A DNA stretch of 64,000 nt from Opitutales bacterium (GTDB lineage Bacteria > Verrucomicrobiota > Verrucomicrobiia > Opitutales > Coraliomargaritaceae). How positions within the stretch are numbered: the first letter of the stretch is position 1; each line of letters begins with the position of its first letter. The notes beneath the pieces were generated by a model that searched no databases, was not told where the DNA came from, and worked only from the letters and a program-made list of their open reading frames with translations. Below, piece by piece: positions 20,947-32,000 of the stretch. Location of the stretch: NCBI GenBank assembly GCA_049598495.1, contig JBMYNR010000001.1, positions 32,001-96,000 on the forward strand. Reading direction: 5' to 3'. Position numbers and translations under genes: made by a program.

Positions 20947-22860
20947 CTATTCACGCACCCGCGCAACGCTCACGCTCGATTGGCGCCGCTCGTAGCTCGT
21001 CTTGACCCGGTCTAGAATGGCTTCGGCGCAAAGGCCGTTATCCTCTCTCAGTCGGGAGACGGAGCTCCCGTGCTCGATAAAGGCATCCGGCCAGCCGATG
21101 CGTTCAACAGGGCAGGGAGTGTCCAGTTGTTGGAGCGCCTCCATCACCGCAGTTCCTAGACCACCGGTAATGACATGATCCTCCATTGTGACGATGAGTT
21201 GACTCGTCTTTGCCGATTCGAGAAGCTGTTCGGTATCCAGTGGCTTGGCGAAGCGTGCGTTGACGACGCCTGCGCGGATACCGTGTTCGCTTAGACGCGC
21301 GGCAAGTTTCTCTGCATCAGCAACCATTGCGCCGATCGCCCAGATGTCGATATCGCTTCCTAATTGGCGTCGCTCTGCTTTGCCGATTTCGATCGCGGTT
21401 GGTGCATCCTTCATTGTTACGCCCACAGCGTTGCCCCGCGGGTAGCGGATAAAAGCGGGGCCCTGGTATTTCAGACCGGTGGCCATCATGTCGGCCAGTT
21501 CGTCCTCGTCGGCAGGGGCCATCACGACGACGCCAGGAACACAGCGCAAATATGCGATGTCGAAGAGTCCGTGATGGGTGGCGCCATCATTGGGTGAAAG
21601 GCCGGCGCGATCCATACAGAAGAGCACGGGTAGTTTCTGCAGGGCAACGTCATGGATGATCTGGTCGTAGGCCCGCTGTAGGAAAGTGGAGTAGATCGCG
21701 CACACCGGATGAAAGCCCGAGGTAGCCATACCCGCCGCAAAAAGAACGGCATGCTCCTCGGCGATACCCACATCGAAGAACTGCTCGGGCAACTCTTTCT
21801 CCAGAATATTGAGCCCGGTTCCTGAGGGCATGGCCGCGGTGATGCCCACTAGATTTTTATCCTCACGGGCGAGCTTCACGAGGGTTTCCCCCATCAGATC
21901 TTGGTAATTCTTTGGTGTGCCCGTAGCGGATGGGGCGCCTTTGCCTGTTTTAATATCAAATGGGCTCGCACCGTGGAAACGCTCAGGGTTGTTGATCGCG
22001 ACATCGTAGCCGTGGCCCTTCTCCGTCATAATGTGGAGCAGCACGGGTTGCTCGGCATTTTTTGCAAACTCGAGGTAGTGTTCCACCTGTTTTAGATCAT
22101 GCCCGTCGATCGGGCCGATGTAGCGAATGCCGAATTTCTCAAAGAGAGAAGAAGAGACGAAAAAGTCCTTGGTCTCCTGTTTCCATTTTATGCCGAGTTT
22201 GATCAAAGATTCTCCGCCCGGAACCTTCTGTAGGAGGCTTTCGATATCGTCGTTGACTCTGTTATAGATCGGGTTGGTGATCAGTTCGTTAAAGTAGCGG
22301 GGCAGTGCGCCCACGTTCTTGGCGATCGACCACTTGTTGTCATTGAGGATGATGATGAGCCGCTTGGTGGAAGTCGTGACGTTGTTCAGTGCTTCCATCG
22401 TGATGCCGCAGGTGAAGGCGGCGTCCCCGCACAGTGCCACAACATGCTCATCACTGCCGCGGCGGTCGCGGGCGGCGGCCATGCCCAGCGCGGCCGAAAG
22501 AGCCGTCCCCGCGTGACCGGCACCAAAAGCATCATGTTCACTTTCTTCGCGGGAGAGGAATCCGCTCAAACCTTCGCTCAATCGGATCTTGTCAAAACGC
22601 TCGTCATTGCGACCGGTAAGAAGCTTGTGGACATAGCCCTGATGCGCCACATCGAAGCAGAAGCGGTCCTTCGGTGTATTAAAGACCCGGTGTAAACCTA
22701 TGGTCAGCTCAACCACCCCGAGGTTGGGCCCGATATGTCCGCCGTTGTGTGCTGTTGTCTCAATGACGCGCGCACGAATCTCTTCTGCGAGTCGTGGAAG
22801 CTCGTCCGCTTCGAGCTTCTTGACGTCTTCTGGAGACTGTATCTGTTTTAAAAGGGACAT
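20947..22860 (-). CDS. dxs: 1-deoxy-D-xylulose-5-phosphate synthase
   Basis: GGHIGPNLGVVELT, HQGYVHKLLTGR, DVGIAEEHA, YSTFLQRAYDQ, IRYPRG. ATG at 22860. Confidence 0.97.
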   Translation of the reverse strand: MSLLKQIQSPEDVKKLEADELPRLAEEIRARVIETTAHNGGHIGPNLGVVELTIGLHRVFNTPKDRFCFDVAHQGYVHKLLTGRNDERFDKIRLSEGLSGFLSREESEHDAFGAGHAGTALSAALGMAAARDRRGSDEHVVALCGDAAFTCGITMEALNNVTTSTKRLIIILNDNKWSIAKNVGALPRYFNELITNPIYNRVNDDIESLLQKVPGGESLIKLGIKWKQETKDFFVSSSLFEKFGIRYIGPIDGHDLKQVEHYLEFAKNAEQPVLLHIMTEKGHGYDVAINNPERFHGASPFDIKTGKGAPSATGTPKNYQDLMGETLVKLAREDKNLVGITAAMPSGTGLNILEKELPEQFFDVGIAEEHAVLFAAGMATSGFHPVCAIYSTFLQRAYDQIIHDVALQKLPVLFCMDRAGLSPNDGATHHGLFDIAYLRCVPGVVVMAPADEDELADMMATGLKYQGPAFIRYPRGNAVGVTMKDAPTAIEIGKAERRQLGSDIDIWAIGAMVADAEKLAARLSEHGIRAGVVNARFAKPLDTEQLLESAKTSQLIVTMEDHVITGGLGTAVMEALQQLDTPCPVERIGWPDAFIEHGSSVSRLREDNGLCAEAILDRVKTSYERRQSSVSVARVRE

Positions 22861-22900
22861 GCTTATCGGGTAGGTATTCCTTGAAAGGGTGCTGTCTGAG

Positions 22901-23137
22901 CTAGGCTTCGGGTGCGTCTTCGAAATCTTCCAGCTCACCCGTTTTCAGGTTCAGCTTTTCAATTTTTAGTTCTGCTTCTTTGAGTTGCGTTTGGCAGGCT
23001 TTCAAAAGTTTAGAGCCTTCTTCAAATTTCGCAACAAGATCGGCGAGAGGGATGTCTCCGTTCTCCATTGCTTGAATGAGCTTTTCTAGACGCTCGAGGG
23101 ATTCCTCGAAGGGGACTTCTTTGGGTTTTCCAGGCAT
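22901..23137 (-). CDS. xseB: Exodeoxyribonuclease VII small subunit
   Basis: FEESLERLEKLIQAMENGDIPL...FEEG...AELKI. Typical xseB-dxs linkage. Confidence 0.93.
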   Translation of the reverse strand: MPGKPKEVPFEESLERLEKLIQAMENGDIPLADLVAKFEEGSKLLKACQTQLKEAELKIEKLNLKTGELEDFEDAPEA

Positions 23138-23145
23138 GGAAGGAA

Positions 23146-24321
23146 TTATGGCTGTGAATCGAAGGCGTTTAGGACGGCCTTCAAATCGATATTCTTGGTA
23201 ATGAGATCTTTAATGATCGGAATCTTGTCCTCGTCGGTCGGCTGAGTCTTGACTGTCATATTATTCACTTTGGAGGCGACCTTGTAGCTGTCCTCGGAGC
23301 ACAGAACAACGGGAATCGAAGTTTTTGAGATCATTTCCATCAAGCGGGGATGGGGCAAGATACTCCGAGTTAGTATGATGCCGGCGATGACTTTTCCCTG
23401 TTCGACACTCGCAGCTGCTATGGCGGAGAGCAGAATGTCCTCCCGGTCACCGGGTGCAATGATGAGGGCACCCTCGTCTAGGTGTTCGACCAATCCCTTG
23501 GCAGCCATGGCACCAATGATCACTCGATCAATCCGGTTTTTTCCGCCTGCTGTTTTTCCGTTGAGCCAGCGTCCGTTGGTCTCCTCAACCACCTGCTCTA
23601 GGTTCGGCTGGGTCAGCTTGGTTTCGTGAGGAATGCACCCGAGAAGGGGAATATTCATCTGCTCCAGTGCGATACGGCAGTATTTTTCCACCATATCAAT
23701 CTTGTCGGGCAACACCTTGTTGATAATTGCGCCGATGATTTGAACGCCCGCCGCCTCAAAGACTGCTTTATTCAAAGCGATCTCATCGACTGGCCGACCA
23801 ATGCCACCGCTGGCGACGATGATCACCTTTGCACCAAGGTGACGAGCCACGTCTGCATTGCAGAGATTGAATACGGAACCCACGCCGGCATGGCCTGTGC
23901 CTTCGATAATAATATAGTCACGGCCGAAGGCCGCGCGATCGAAGGCGCGACACATCTTGTCGATCAGTTCACAGTGGTTTTCATCTGGAGAATCGAGGTA
24001 GTCTCGGGTAAAGGTCGGGTGGATCGAGATCGGGCTCATCGCCCGGATCGGTGTTTTTACATCGAAGATCTGGTCGAGTAGGACTGAGTCCTCGTCGATT
24101 TGCTGGCCTTCGACTTCAATAAAACGCTGGCCGACCGGCTTTATGAAGCCGACATCCTCGGTCATACTACGCAGTGCGGAAAAGAGGGCGAGGCTGGTCG
24201 TCGTCTTGCCGTCATTCATCCGGGTCGCGGCAATCAAGATCCGCTTGGTCGTTTTGTTCCGCGGAGCGGTCAGGTTTTCCGTATCGTCCGGTTCGGTGAA
24301 CAGCTTGGTGGATTTCGCCAT
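23146..24321 (-). CDS. BioD-like AAA + DRTGG domain protein (stand-alone Pta N-terminal module)
   Basis: GKTTTSL, GFIKPVG, IIIEGTGH, IINKV, APGDREDIL. Confidence 0.85.
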   Translation of the reverse strand: MAKSTKLFTEPDDTENLTAPRNKTTKRILIAATRMNDGKTTTSLALFSALRSMTEDVGFIKPVGQRFIEVEGQQIDEDSVLLDQIFDVKTPIRAMSPISIHPTFTRDYLDSPDENHCELIDKMCRAFDRAAFGRDYIIIEGTGHAGVGSVFNLCNADVARHLGAKVIIVASGGIGRPVDEIALNKAVFEAAGVQIIGAIINKVLPDKIDMVEKYCRIALEQMNIPLLGCIPHETKLTQPNLEQVVEETNGRWLNGKTAGGKNRIDRVIIGAMAAKGLVEHLDEGALIIAPGDREDILLSAIAAASVEQGKVIAGIILTRSILPHPRLMEMISKTSIPVVLCSEDSYKVASKVNNMTVKTQPTDEDKIPIIKDLITKNIDLKAVLNAFDSQP

Positions 24322-24350
24322 GGAAAGATTCTCCGTGGGGGCATAGCCCC

Positions 24351-25421
24351 TTAAAGGATGGTGACGTCCTCGTTGAGATCGTCGATATTGTCTGTCGGAT
24401 AGAGCAGCTTGTGTTCGATTGCCTGGGAGGCCACCATCACGGCAGTGCCGAAAATATCACTGGCCGTGGCACCACGGCTGATCTCGGCAGCGGGCTTGGC
24501 CAAACCGGTCAGGATGGGCCCATAGTTGCGTGCACGCGTCAGGGTATCCACTAGTTTAGAGGCGATATTGGCGGAGTGAAGATCCGGGAAGATGAGGATG
24601 TTGGCCTGGCCGGCGACCGGGCCTTGGATCTTTTTGGTCTTCGCCGTGATCGGGTCGAGAGCGGCGTCGACTTGAAGCTCGCCGTCGATCTCCATTGGGA
24701 TGCCGAGGGCGAGTGCCTTCTTTCGGGCTAGCTCCGTGGCTGCCTTCATCTTGGATACCGTTGGGTTCTTGCTCGTCACGCTTTTACTCGAATAACTCAA
24801 GAGTGCTACGTAAGGCTTTGAGTTGGTCAAATGGTAGCGCAGCGCGGCGGTGGTGACTGCAATATCGGAGAGTTGTTCACTTGTGGGCTCGGGTATGACG
24901 GCGCAATCCGCGAGGAACAGTTCGCGGTCCTTGCCGGTTTCCGGGTCCTCAAGATCGAAAATGTTGAGCGAGGAAACGGTCTTTACATTCGGCAGGCGTG
25001 GGACGATCTGGAGAATCGGGCGTAGTGCGCTCGAAGCAGAGCTGGTAGCCCCGGAAACAAGGGCATCGGCCTGCGAGGTGGCAAGCATCAGAGTCGCGAA
25101 ATAGTTGGTATTCTCGAGGTATTGCTCAATTTCCTTTTCCTTTAGATTTCTGAAGCGACGGAGGCCGTGGAACTGTTTGCTGAAGGTTTCCCATTCATCG
25201 CTGCGGCGTGGCTCGATGATACGGATGCGATCGAGGCTGATATTAAGCTTTTCGGCATGGGCTTTGATCTTGGCGCGGTTGCCGAGAAGAATCGGGACCC
25301 CGAGCTCGTTCGCCGCGAATTTTCGGGCGGCCTGTAGGATGCGCGGGTCGCTTCCTTCAGGAAAAACGACGCGCTTCGGGTGACGCTTTAGGCGAACGGT
25401 GAGTTTGGAAATAAGTGGCAT
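24351..25421 (-). CDS. pta: Phosphate acetyltransferase (PTA_PTB family)
   Basis: RVVFPEG, ADALVSGA, FLADCAV, DGELQVDAAL, ANILIFPDL, EISRG. Confidence 0.85.
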   Translation of the reverse strand: MPLISKLTVRLKRHPKRVVFPEGSDPRILQAARKFAANELGVPILLGNRAKIKAHAEKLNISLDRIRIIEPRRSDEWETFSKQFHGLRRFRNLKEKEIEQYLENTNYFATLMLATSQADALVSGATSSASSALRPILQIVPRLPNVKTVSSLNIFDLEDPETGKDRELFLADCAVIPEPTSEQLSDIAVTTAALRYHLTNSKPYVALLSYSSKSVTSKNPTVSKMKAATELARKKALALGIPMEIDGELQVDAALDPITAKTKKIQGPVAGQANILIFPDLHSANIASKLVDTLTRARNYGPILTGLAKPAAEISRGATASDIFGTAVMVASQAIEHKLLYPTDNIDDLNEDVTIL

Positions 25422-25575
25422 TTTGCAAAGTGTTCGTATGCGGTTTCAGCACAATAGACGAGAGCATGATTGAATCTAGAACAAAGAGCACGAAAATATA
25501 CATTTGCCAAAGTTTTTCACGGCGTCGTTTCTAAAGAGTGCGCAGGTTGTTCCTTGCTGCCCGCCTCATACATCG

Positions 25576-27159
25576 ATGCTCCAAAACCTTCGTAATATTG
25601 CCGTGGTCAGTTTCTCGACCATAGGCTCGCGCTTCCTAGGCCTCTTACGTGATATCCTCATCTTTGCTGCGTTGGGGGCCAGCCTTTGGAATTCAGCCTT
25701 CATCCTCGCGTTCACTTTGCCCAATCTTTTTCGAAGGCTGCTCGGTGAGGGTGCGCTGACATCCGCGATTGTGCCTGTCTTTTCAGATGTGCTGAAGAGC
25801 GAGGGCCGTGAGGCTGCCTTTCGGTTTTTTAACCAGGTCATGTTTCGATTACTGCTGGCCCTGTTATTCATCATTTTACTGGGCATGGGCGGGCTCTGGT
25901 GGGCTTCCAAGAGTCATTGGCTTCCGGATCACTGGGCGCTGGGTGCCGAACTGGCGGTCTGCTTGCTTCCCTACATGCTATTCATCTGTCTCGCTGCCAT
26001 TATCTCTGCGGGTCTTCATCTATTGGGTCGCTTTGCTGTGGCGGCTTCCACGCCCATCCTGCTGAATCTCGCGATGATTAGTGCGTTGGCGGCCGGGATC
26101 TGGCTTGATGCGGGGCTCGCACGGGTTGTTTACTGGCTCTGCGGTGGGGTGTTGGTGGGCGGATTGCTTCAGCTTCTGCTCCCGGCATTCGATCTTATGC
26201 GTCAGGGTTGGCGGCCGCGTGTTGAACTGAGGGGCGAGGCGGCGCTGGCCGAACTCTGGCAGTTGTTCCTTCCGGGACTTCTGGGGGCGGCCATTCTTCA
26301 GGTTAATATTCTGGTTTCCCGCTTGCTGGCGTATTCGCTCGATGAATCAGCGGTTTCCGTGCTCTATCTTGCCAGTCGTTTGATGGAGTTGCCGCTTGGG
26401 GTCTTTACAATTGCCGTCGCTACGGTCTTTTTTCCGCTTCTGGCGAAGGCCCTTTCTGCGGGAGACGAAGTAGGTTTTTCGGAGGCCTTTCTGCGCGGGA
26501 TGCGTTTGATACTTGGCATTTCGGTCCCTGCGGGGATCGGCCTAATCACGCTTGGTGAACCCATACTTGAGTGCCTCTTTCTCTGGGGTGCCTTCGAGCG
26601 GGCGGATGTTTTGGCTACCGTTCCGTTGCTGGCTATTTACGGTTTTGGCCTGCCGTTCTACTCGGCTGCCACCTTTGCCACCCGAGGTCTGCATGCGAGC
26701 AAGGATATGCGTACCCCGGTAGCAGTCGCCGGACTCTGCCTTCTGGTCAATCTTGTGGCAGGGCTTGTCCTCATGCAGTTTTTTGGCGCCAAGGGCCTGG
26801 CTGCGGCCAACGTGATCGCAGCGGTCATACAGAGCGCTTTTCTCTGGAAAGCTCTCTCCAGGCGCAACGCTCGTGTGTGTTATGGTCGGCTCCTCATGGC
26901 GGGGCTTAAGATCCTTTCAGCCGGCGTGCTCATGGGCCTGTTCTGTATTTACGCGGCGCCTTGGTTCGGCGTACTCCCTGTGCCCGGGAAGCTCGGTGCC
27001 CTTGCCATCGTCGCCGTGCTTGTCCCTGTAGCTGTCGTGATTTATTTCGCACTGCTCGCTCTTTTCCGTTTTGAGGAACTGGAGGCCTTGAAGACCCTCC
27101 TCAAGCGCTTCATCGGGCGGCGAAACACTGACTGTCGTCAGCGTTCTACAAAAGAATGA
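25576..27159 (+). CDS. murJ: Lipid II flippase MurJ (MviN)
   Basis: SRFLGLLRD, AFTLPNLFRRLLGEGAL, RLMELPLGVF, many TM helices. ATG at 25576. Confidence 0.95.
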   Translation: MLQNLRNIAVVSFSTIGSRFLGLLRDILIFAALGASLWNSAFILAFTLPNLFRRLLGEGALTSAIVPVFSDVLKSEGREAAFRFFNQVMFRLLLALLFIILLGMGGLWWASKSHWLPDHWALGAELAVCLLPYMLFICLAAIISAGLHLLGRFAVAASTPILLNLAMISALAAGIWLDAGLARVVYWLCGGVLVGGLLQLLLPAFDLMRQGWRPRVELRGEAALAELWQLFLPGLLGAAILQVNILVSRLLAYSLDESAVSVLYLASRLMELPLGVFTIAVATVFFPLLAKALSAGDEVGFSEAFLRGMRLILGISVPAGIGLITLGEPILECLFLWGAFERADVLATVPLLAIYGFGLPFYSAATFATRGLHASKDMRTPVAVAGLCLLVNLVAGLVLMQFFGAKGLAAANVIAAVIQSAFLWKALSRRNARVCYGRLLMAGLKILSAGVLMGLFCIYAAPWFGVLPVPGKLGALAIVAVLVPVAVVIYFALLALFRFEELEALKTLLKRFIGRRNTDCRQRSTKE

Positions 27160-27275
27160 CTCGCATCTGCACCCGCCCAGACCAGACTCAGACTACGATC
27201 CAAAGCTTTAGACGATTTTGTAGTGGGCCTCTGGTAAGCAGCGAAACACTGACTGTCGTCAGCGTTCTACAAAAG
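27120..27275 (-). repeat. Two identical 35-bp GTAG-type REP copies in direct orientation
   Basis: GCGAAACACTGACTGTCGTCAGCGTTCTACAAAAG at 27120-27154 (inside murJ) and 27241-27275. Confidence 0.9.
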
Positions 27276-27369
27276 GAAGTCTCGCATGCATATGGGTGTC
27301 CGTCGTCGGGGCCGCTTCTTTTGCATCTCGGTATTGCGCCGCACTTCGTTTCGCCTATACGTTTTTGAC

Positions 27370-28176
27370 ATGTCTGATCTTTTGCCGAATGAAACACTTC
27401 TCTCGGTCCGTGATTTGAAAGTCCATTTCCCGATCAAGGGCGGATTGTTTCAGCGCACGGTCGATGTCGTTAAGGCCGTTGATGGGATTAGTTTTGATGT
27501 GCCGCGCGGAAAGACCGTCGGTCTCGTGGGGGAGAGTGGCAGCGGAAAGACCACGACAGGACGTGCCATCGCTCGGCTCGTGCCGCTCACTTCGGGCTCT
27601 GTTCATTATGATGGTCGCGATCTAGCGACACTCTCCGCTCGTGGGTTCTTCGAATACCGTAAAAAGATTCAGGTGATTTTTCAGGACCCCTTCGGTTCGC
27701 TCAACCCGCGGATGACGATCTACAGTATTATCGCGGAGCCGCTCGATATTCATTTCAATGATTGGAGCAAAGAACGGAAACGGACCCGTGTGGCTGAGCT
27801 CCTCGGTAAGGTAGGCCTCAATGCTGATTTCATGGGGCGCTACCCGCACCAGTTCAGCGGTGGTCAGCGTCAACGGATCGGTATCGCCCGTGCGCTTGCC
27901 GTCGAGCCCGAGTTTATCGTTTGCGATGAGCCCGTTAGCGCGCTCGATGTCTCCGTGCAGGCACAGATTGTGAATCTGCTGCAAGACCTTCAGGACGAAC
28001 TTGGACTGACCTATCTCTTTATCGCGCACGACCTTGCTGTCGTCGAACACATCAGCGACGAAGTACTCGTTATGACCGAGGGTAGGATCGTGGAACAGGC
28101 CAGCGCCGAGGCGATCTACAACGAACCTCAGCACCCCTATACGGTCAAGCTGCTCGAAGCCGTACCCAAGCTATAG
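27370..28176 (+). CDS. Oligopeptide/dipeptide-type ABC transporter ATP-binding subunit
   Basis: [47 protein letters not shown]. Confidence 0.93.
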   Translation: MSDLLPNETLLSVRDLKVHFPIKGGLFQRTVDVVKAVDGISFDVPRGKTVGLVGESGSGKTTTGRAIARLVPLTSGSVHYDGRDLATLSARGFFEYRKKIQVIFQDPFGSLNPRMTIYSIIAEPLDIHFNDWSKERKRTRVAELLGKVGLNADFMGRYPHQFSGGQRQRIGIARALAVEPEFIVCDEPVSALDVSVQAQIVNLLQDLQDELGLTYLFIAHDLAVVEHISDEVLVMTEGRIVEQASAEAIYNEPQHPYTVKLLEAVPKL

Positions 28177-28370
28177 GGCACTCTGTATTTAAGCAGACTC
28201 AAATTAGGTGTAGCCATGGCACTCGCCTGACCTGTTCCAGGCGAAGGTGTTGCCGTGCCAGTATTTATAAACACCTCAACAGATCCGTCTTCGCTCGACT
28301 CGTCCGGCGTGGTGCTGCTTTGCAGGGCGAAGACGTAAGCCCAGGTGTTGGCTATCTCGACAGGTTCGGC

Positions 28371-28625
28371 TTAGTAGTGGTGTCGTAGTTGAGCAATCTG
28401 AATTTCATCTCCTTTGATTCGATAAACGAGTCGATGCTCCTCATTTATTCTTCTAGACCAAAAGCCGGAGAGTGTGTGCTTCAGTGGCTCTGGCTTACCG
28501 ATTCCTTCATGTCGATTACGGTCAGTATCCTTAATGAGCTCATTTACCTTCTTGAGCATTCTTTTGTCTGTTTTCTGCCAGTAGAGATAATCTTCCCAAG
28601 CCCTGTCCGAGAATATTTTCTTCAT
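28371..28625 (-). CDS. yoeB: Txe/YoeB toxin
   Basis: AWEDYLYWQKTD, GIGKPEPLK, WSRRINEEHRLVY, terminal RHHY. Confidence 0.96.
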   Translation of the reverse strand: MKKIFSDRAWEDYLYWQKTDKRMLKKVNELIKDTDRNRHEGIGKPEPLKHTLSGFWSRRINEEHRLVYRIKGDEIQIAQLRHHY

Positions 28626-28873
28626 TCACTGAATTCTCTTTCAGTTCCTTTACCTGCATTCAATTGCTCGATGGACTCAATGAGTCGCTTTGCATTCTTT
28701 GGGCTTCTGAGCAGATAGGTAGTCTCCTGCATCGATTCATAATCTTCCAGAGACATCATGACTACAGCATCTGTGCCTTTCTTGGTGATGATGACAGGGT
28801 TGTGGTTCTGGCAAACTTCAGTGATTGTGGTCGCCAGATTTTCTCTCGCGTGTGAATAGGTGATGGTGTTCAT
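28622..28873 (-). CDS. yefM: YefM/Phd antitoxin
   Basis: TITYSHARENL, PVIIT, MSLEDYESMQETTYLLRSPKNAKRL. 4-bp overlap with yoeB. Confidence 0.96.
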   Translation of the reverse strand: MNTITYSHARENLATTITEVCQNHNPVIITKKGTDAVVMMSLEDYESMQETTYLLRSPKNAKRLIESIEQLNAGKGTEREFSE

Positions 28874-28875
28874 AG

Positions 28876-28895
28876 TTGTCCAATATTTTGGACAA
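28876..28895 (-). promoter_or_regulatory. Probable YefM operator palindrome
   Basis: TTGTCCAA-TATT-TTGGACAA immediately upstream of the yefM ATG. Confidence 0.7.
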
Positions 28896-29086
28896 TTATG
28901 CCCGGTCAAATGCTTTCTGATGAACAGTGCTATCTGCGTCCTTCAAGAACGCTTAATTCGGTCGTGAAGATTCAAATTTGAGACTGAGTGAGTCACAGGA
29001 AAAGCCATGCGCATCGCATTGTAGAAGAGGGTTGAGCGCTTTTGAGTCGCCTGTTTCTACATATGCTGAATTCGGCTTTCGAGCCC

Positions 29087-32000
29087 TCAGTCCTTAGCCC
29101 AAAAGCGGATCGCGAGGTCTTTGACATCCTCAAGAATCTCGTAGAAAGCGGGGACGAGAAGGAGCGTGATGAGCGTAGCAAAGAGGACGCCGAAGCTAAG
29201 TGAGATGGCCATGGGGATGAGGAACTGAGCCTGGAGGCTGGTCTCGAAGAGGACAGGGAGGAGCCCGGCAAAGGTGGTCAGTGAGGTGAGTATGATCGGG
29301 CGAAAACGAGCAGCGCCGGATGTTTCAATGGCCTCTCTAAGGGGGATGCCCCGCGTCCGTTCCTGGTTGATAAAGTCGACGAGCACGAGGCTATCGTTGA
29401 CGACCACGCCGGCCAGCGCGACGAAACCGAGTACGGAGAGAATGCTCATGGGGTTGCCCATGATGATATGGCCTCCGATCGCACCAATCAGTCCGAAGGG
29501 GATGACGACCATGACAATGAAGGGCTGGATGTAGGACTTCAGAGGTACGGCCAGCAGCGCGTAAATAATAAAGAGGGCAATGAGCGTCATTTGCCCCAGG
29601 CTGGCGAAGATGTCGGCCTGTTCCCGAGCCTCCCCTTCAAAGGACCAGGAAATCCCTGGCTTGTCTTCAAGAATCATATCGATTGTGCTCACTTGGTCTT
29701 CGAAGCCGAAGGTGCGCATGAGCCCTCCGATTGGACCTTGGGGCGTGGTGAATCCCTTTAGTTCCTGTTTGATGAGTCGGAGATCGGCTACACTCTTATC
29801 GGCATCGGCGGTGATGTTAATGACCCGTCGACGGTCGACCCGGGTGATGGCAGAGAAGCCTTCGGTGATTTCGAAATCGGCCACTTCCTCGAAGGGGATT
29901 TCTTGGCCGCCGCGGGTGCGAATGCGGAGGGTTTCCAGGTTTTCAACGGAGCGGCGTTCCTCGGGTGGGTAGCGCACCATAACTTTTATATCGTCGCGTC
30001 CGCGCTGGATACGTTGGGCTTCGATTCCTTGGAAGGCGGCACGCACTTGGCGGCCGAGGTCAGCCTGTCGGAGGCCGAGTGGTTCGGCACTCGGATGAAT
30101 TTTTAGCTGAATTTCACGTTTCCCGCTGCTGTAGTTGTCCTTGATATCGAAGAGTCCCTCGTAGCTGGCGAGCTGCGCCTTGATTGCCTCGGCGGCTGCG
30201 CGGAGCTGATCGAAGTCGCGCCCAGAGAGTTGGATGTCGATCGGGGCGCCGATTGCGCCTGCCGCATTGGCATTAAAGGAAAGCTCCTTGACGCCGGCGA
30301 TGGGCCCGATCAGTTCCCGCCAACGATTGGCCAGCGATGGAGCGGAGAAGGCCTCAATTTCACCGCCGGCGAGGAGGTCTTCGCGCTTGGTCAGCTCCAC
30401 TGCGATCTCGGCGATGTTGGTGCCGGTGTTTTGGAGGGCTTCGCCCATCGGGCCACCGCTGCCTTCGAAGGGCTGTGCGCCGATGGTGATAACGGCGTTT
30501 TGGAAGGGGTTTCCGTGGCCAAGTTCCTCGATCTCCTTCGTCAGTTTTTGGAGCCCTGCGTTCATCTGTTCAATGGCCCGCTCGGTCAACTCGACCGGGG
30601 TGCCTTCAGGCATGACGAGTTTGGCTACGATGTAGTCGGAAGGAACGGGGGGGAAAAAGACAAAGGGGAGATGTCGGCCGCCGAGCATGCCGAACATGAT
30701 GAGGAGAATGGCAATGAAGATGGCCGTGGTGGTGTAGCGGAACTCGATGGCCAGCTTGAGGACGGGGCGGTATCGCCGCTCAACGAAGCGCTCGAGCCCT
30801 TCAGCGATCCTGCGCTGCTGGCGCTGGAGCCAGTTGATCTGATCGGCCCTACGCCCGCTGCCGACTTTACAGAGGGTGAGGTGGTAGGGTAGCACAAGTT
30901 TCGATTGGATGAGCGACCAGATGAGGGTGGCGATGACCACGACCGGGATTGGATAGAAGAATTTACCAAGGAAACCAGGGATGGTGAGAATGGGCAGGAA
31001 GGCCACGATGGTGGTGAGTACGGCGAAGGTCACTGGTGTGGCCACACGCTTCGTGCCCGCGACGGAGGCGGCCACTCCCGGGCCCCCGTGTTTCTGGAAT
31101 TGGGTAAAGACGCTCTCGCCCACAATGATGGCGTCATCGACCACGATTCCGAGCACAAGGATGAAGCCGAAGAGCGAGGCTAGGTTGATGCTGATATCGA
31201 GCCAGGGGAGGAAAAGTAGTGAGCCGAGAAAGGATATCGGGATACCCAGCATCACAAAGAAGGCGAGCGAGGGGCGGAGGAAGAGGGTGAGAATTAAAAG
31301 GACGAGGAGCAGGCCGTAGGCCCCGTTCTCGATCAACATCCTGAGGCGACCTTTTAGGTAAAAGGTGAAGTCGCGGAAGCTCTCGACTTGGATGCCTTCC
31401 GGCAAGTTCGCATTGATCTCCTGAGCAAAGCTCTGCACTCGTTTGGCGACATCGAGGGCGCTCTCGTCGCCCACCGCAAAGATTCTCAGGAGAACAGCGC
31501 GTTTTCCGTTGAACTCGGTGACCAGGGGGTCGTCGACAAAGCCGTCATCCACCGTGGCGATATCGCCGATCCGAATGACTGTTCCGTCGATATCCGTCAT
31601 CAAGGGGATTTTCTCGAAACCCTCGCCCGTGTATTGCTTCCCCGAGGTGCGCAGTAGGATCTCGCCGCCGTGGGACTTGATGGCGCCGCCCGGCACATCG
31701 ACGGAGGATTCGCGCACGGCGTCGACCACCTGATCGAAACTTAGGCCGTATTGACGTAGTGATATCTCGGATACATTAATCGAGATCTCGAAATTGGCGA
31801 TACCCTTTATGTCAACCTGTGTGATGCGCTCGCGAACATTGAGCTCGTCGCGAATATATTCGGCCACCTCCTTGAGTGTTTTCGCATCAACGTCCCCATA
31901 GATTGCCATCGAGATGACCTCGTTGCGGATGAGCAACTCTTCGACGGTCGCTTCCTCGGCGTTTTCAGGGAAATTATCTATCGCGTCGATCCGCACCTTG

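Noticed and set aside
27120..27275. Mini CRISPR array (two identical 35-bp palindromic repeats)
   Set aside because: Only two units with an 86-bp spacer and no cas genes. The unit is a dispersed GTAG REP also found at 3200 and 44334.
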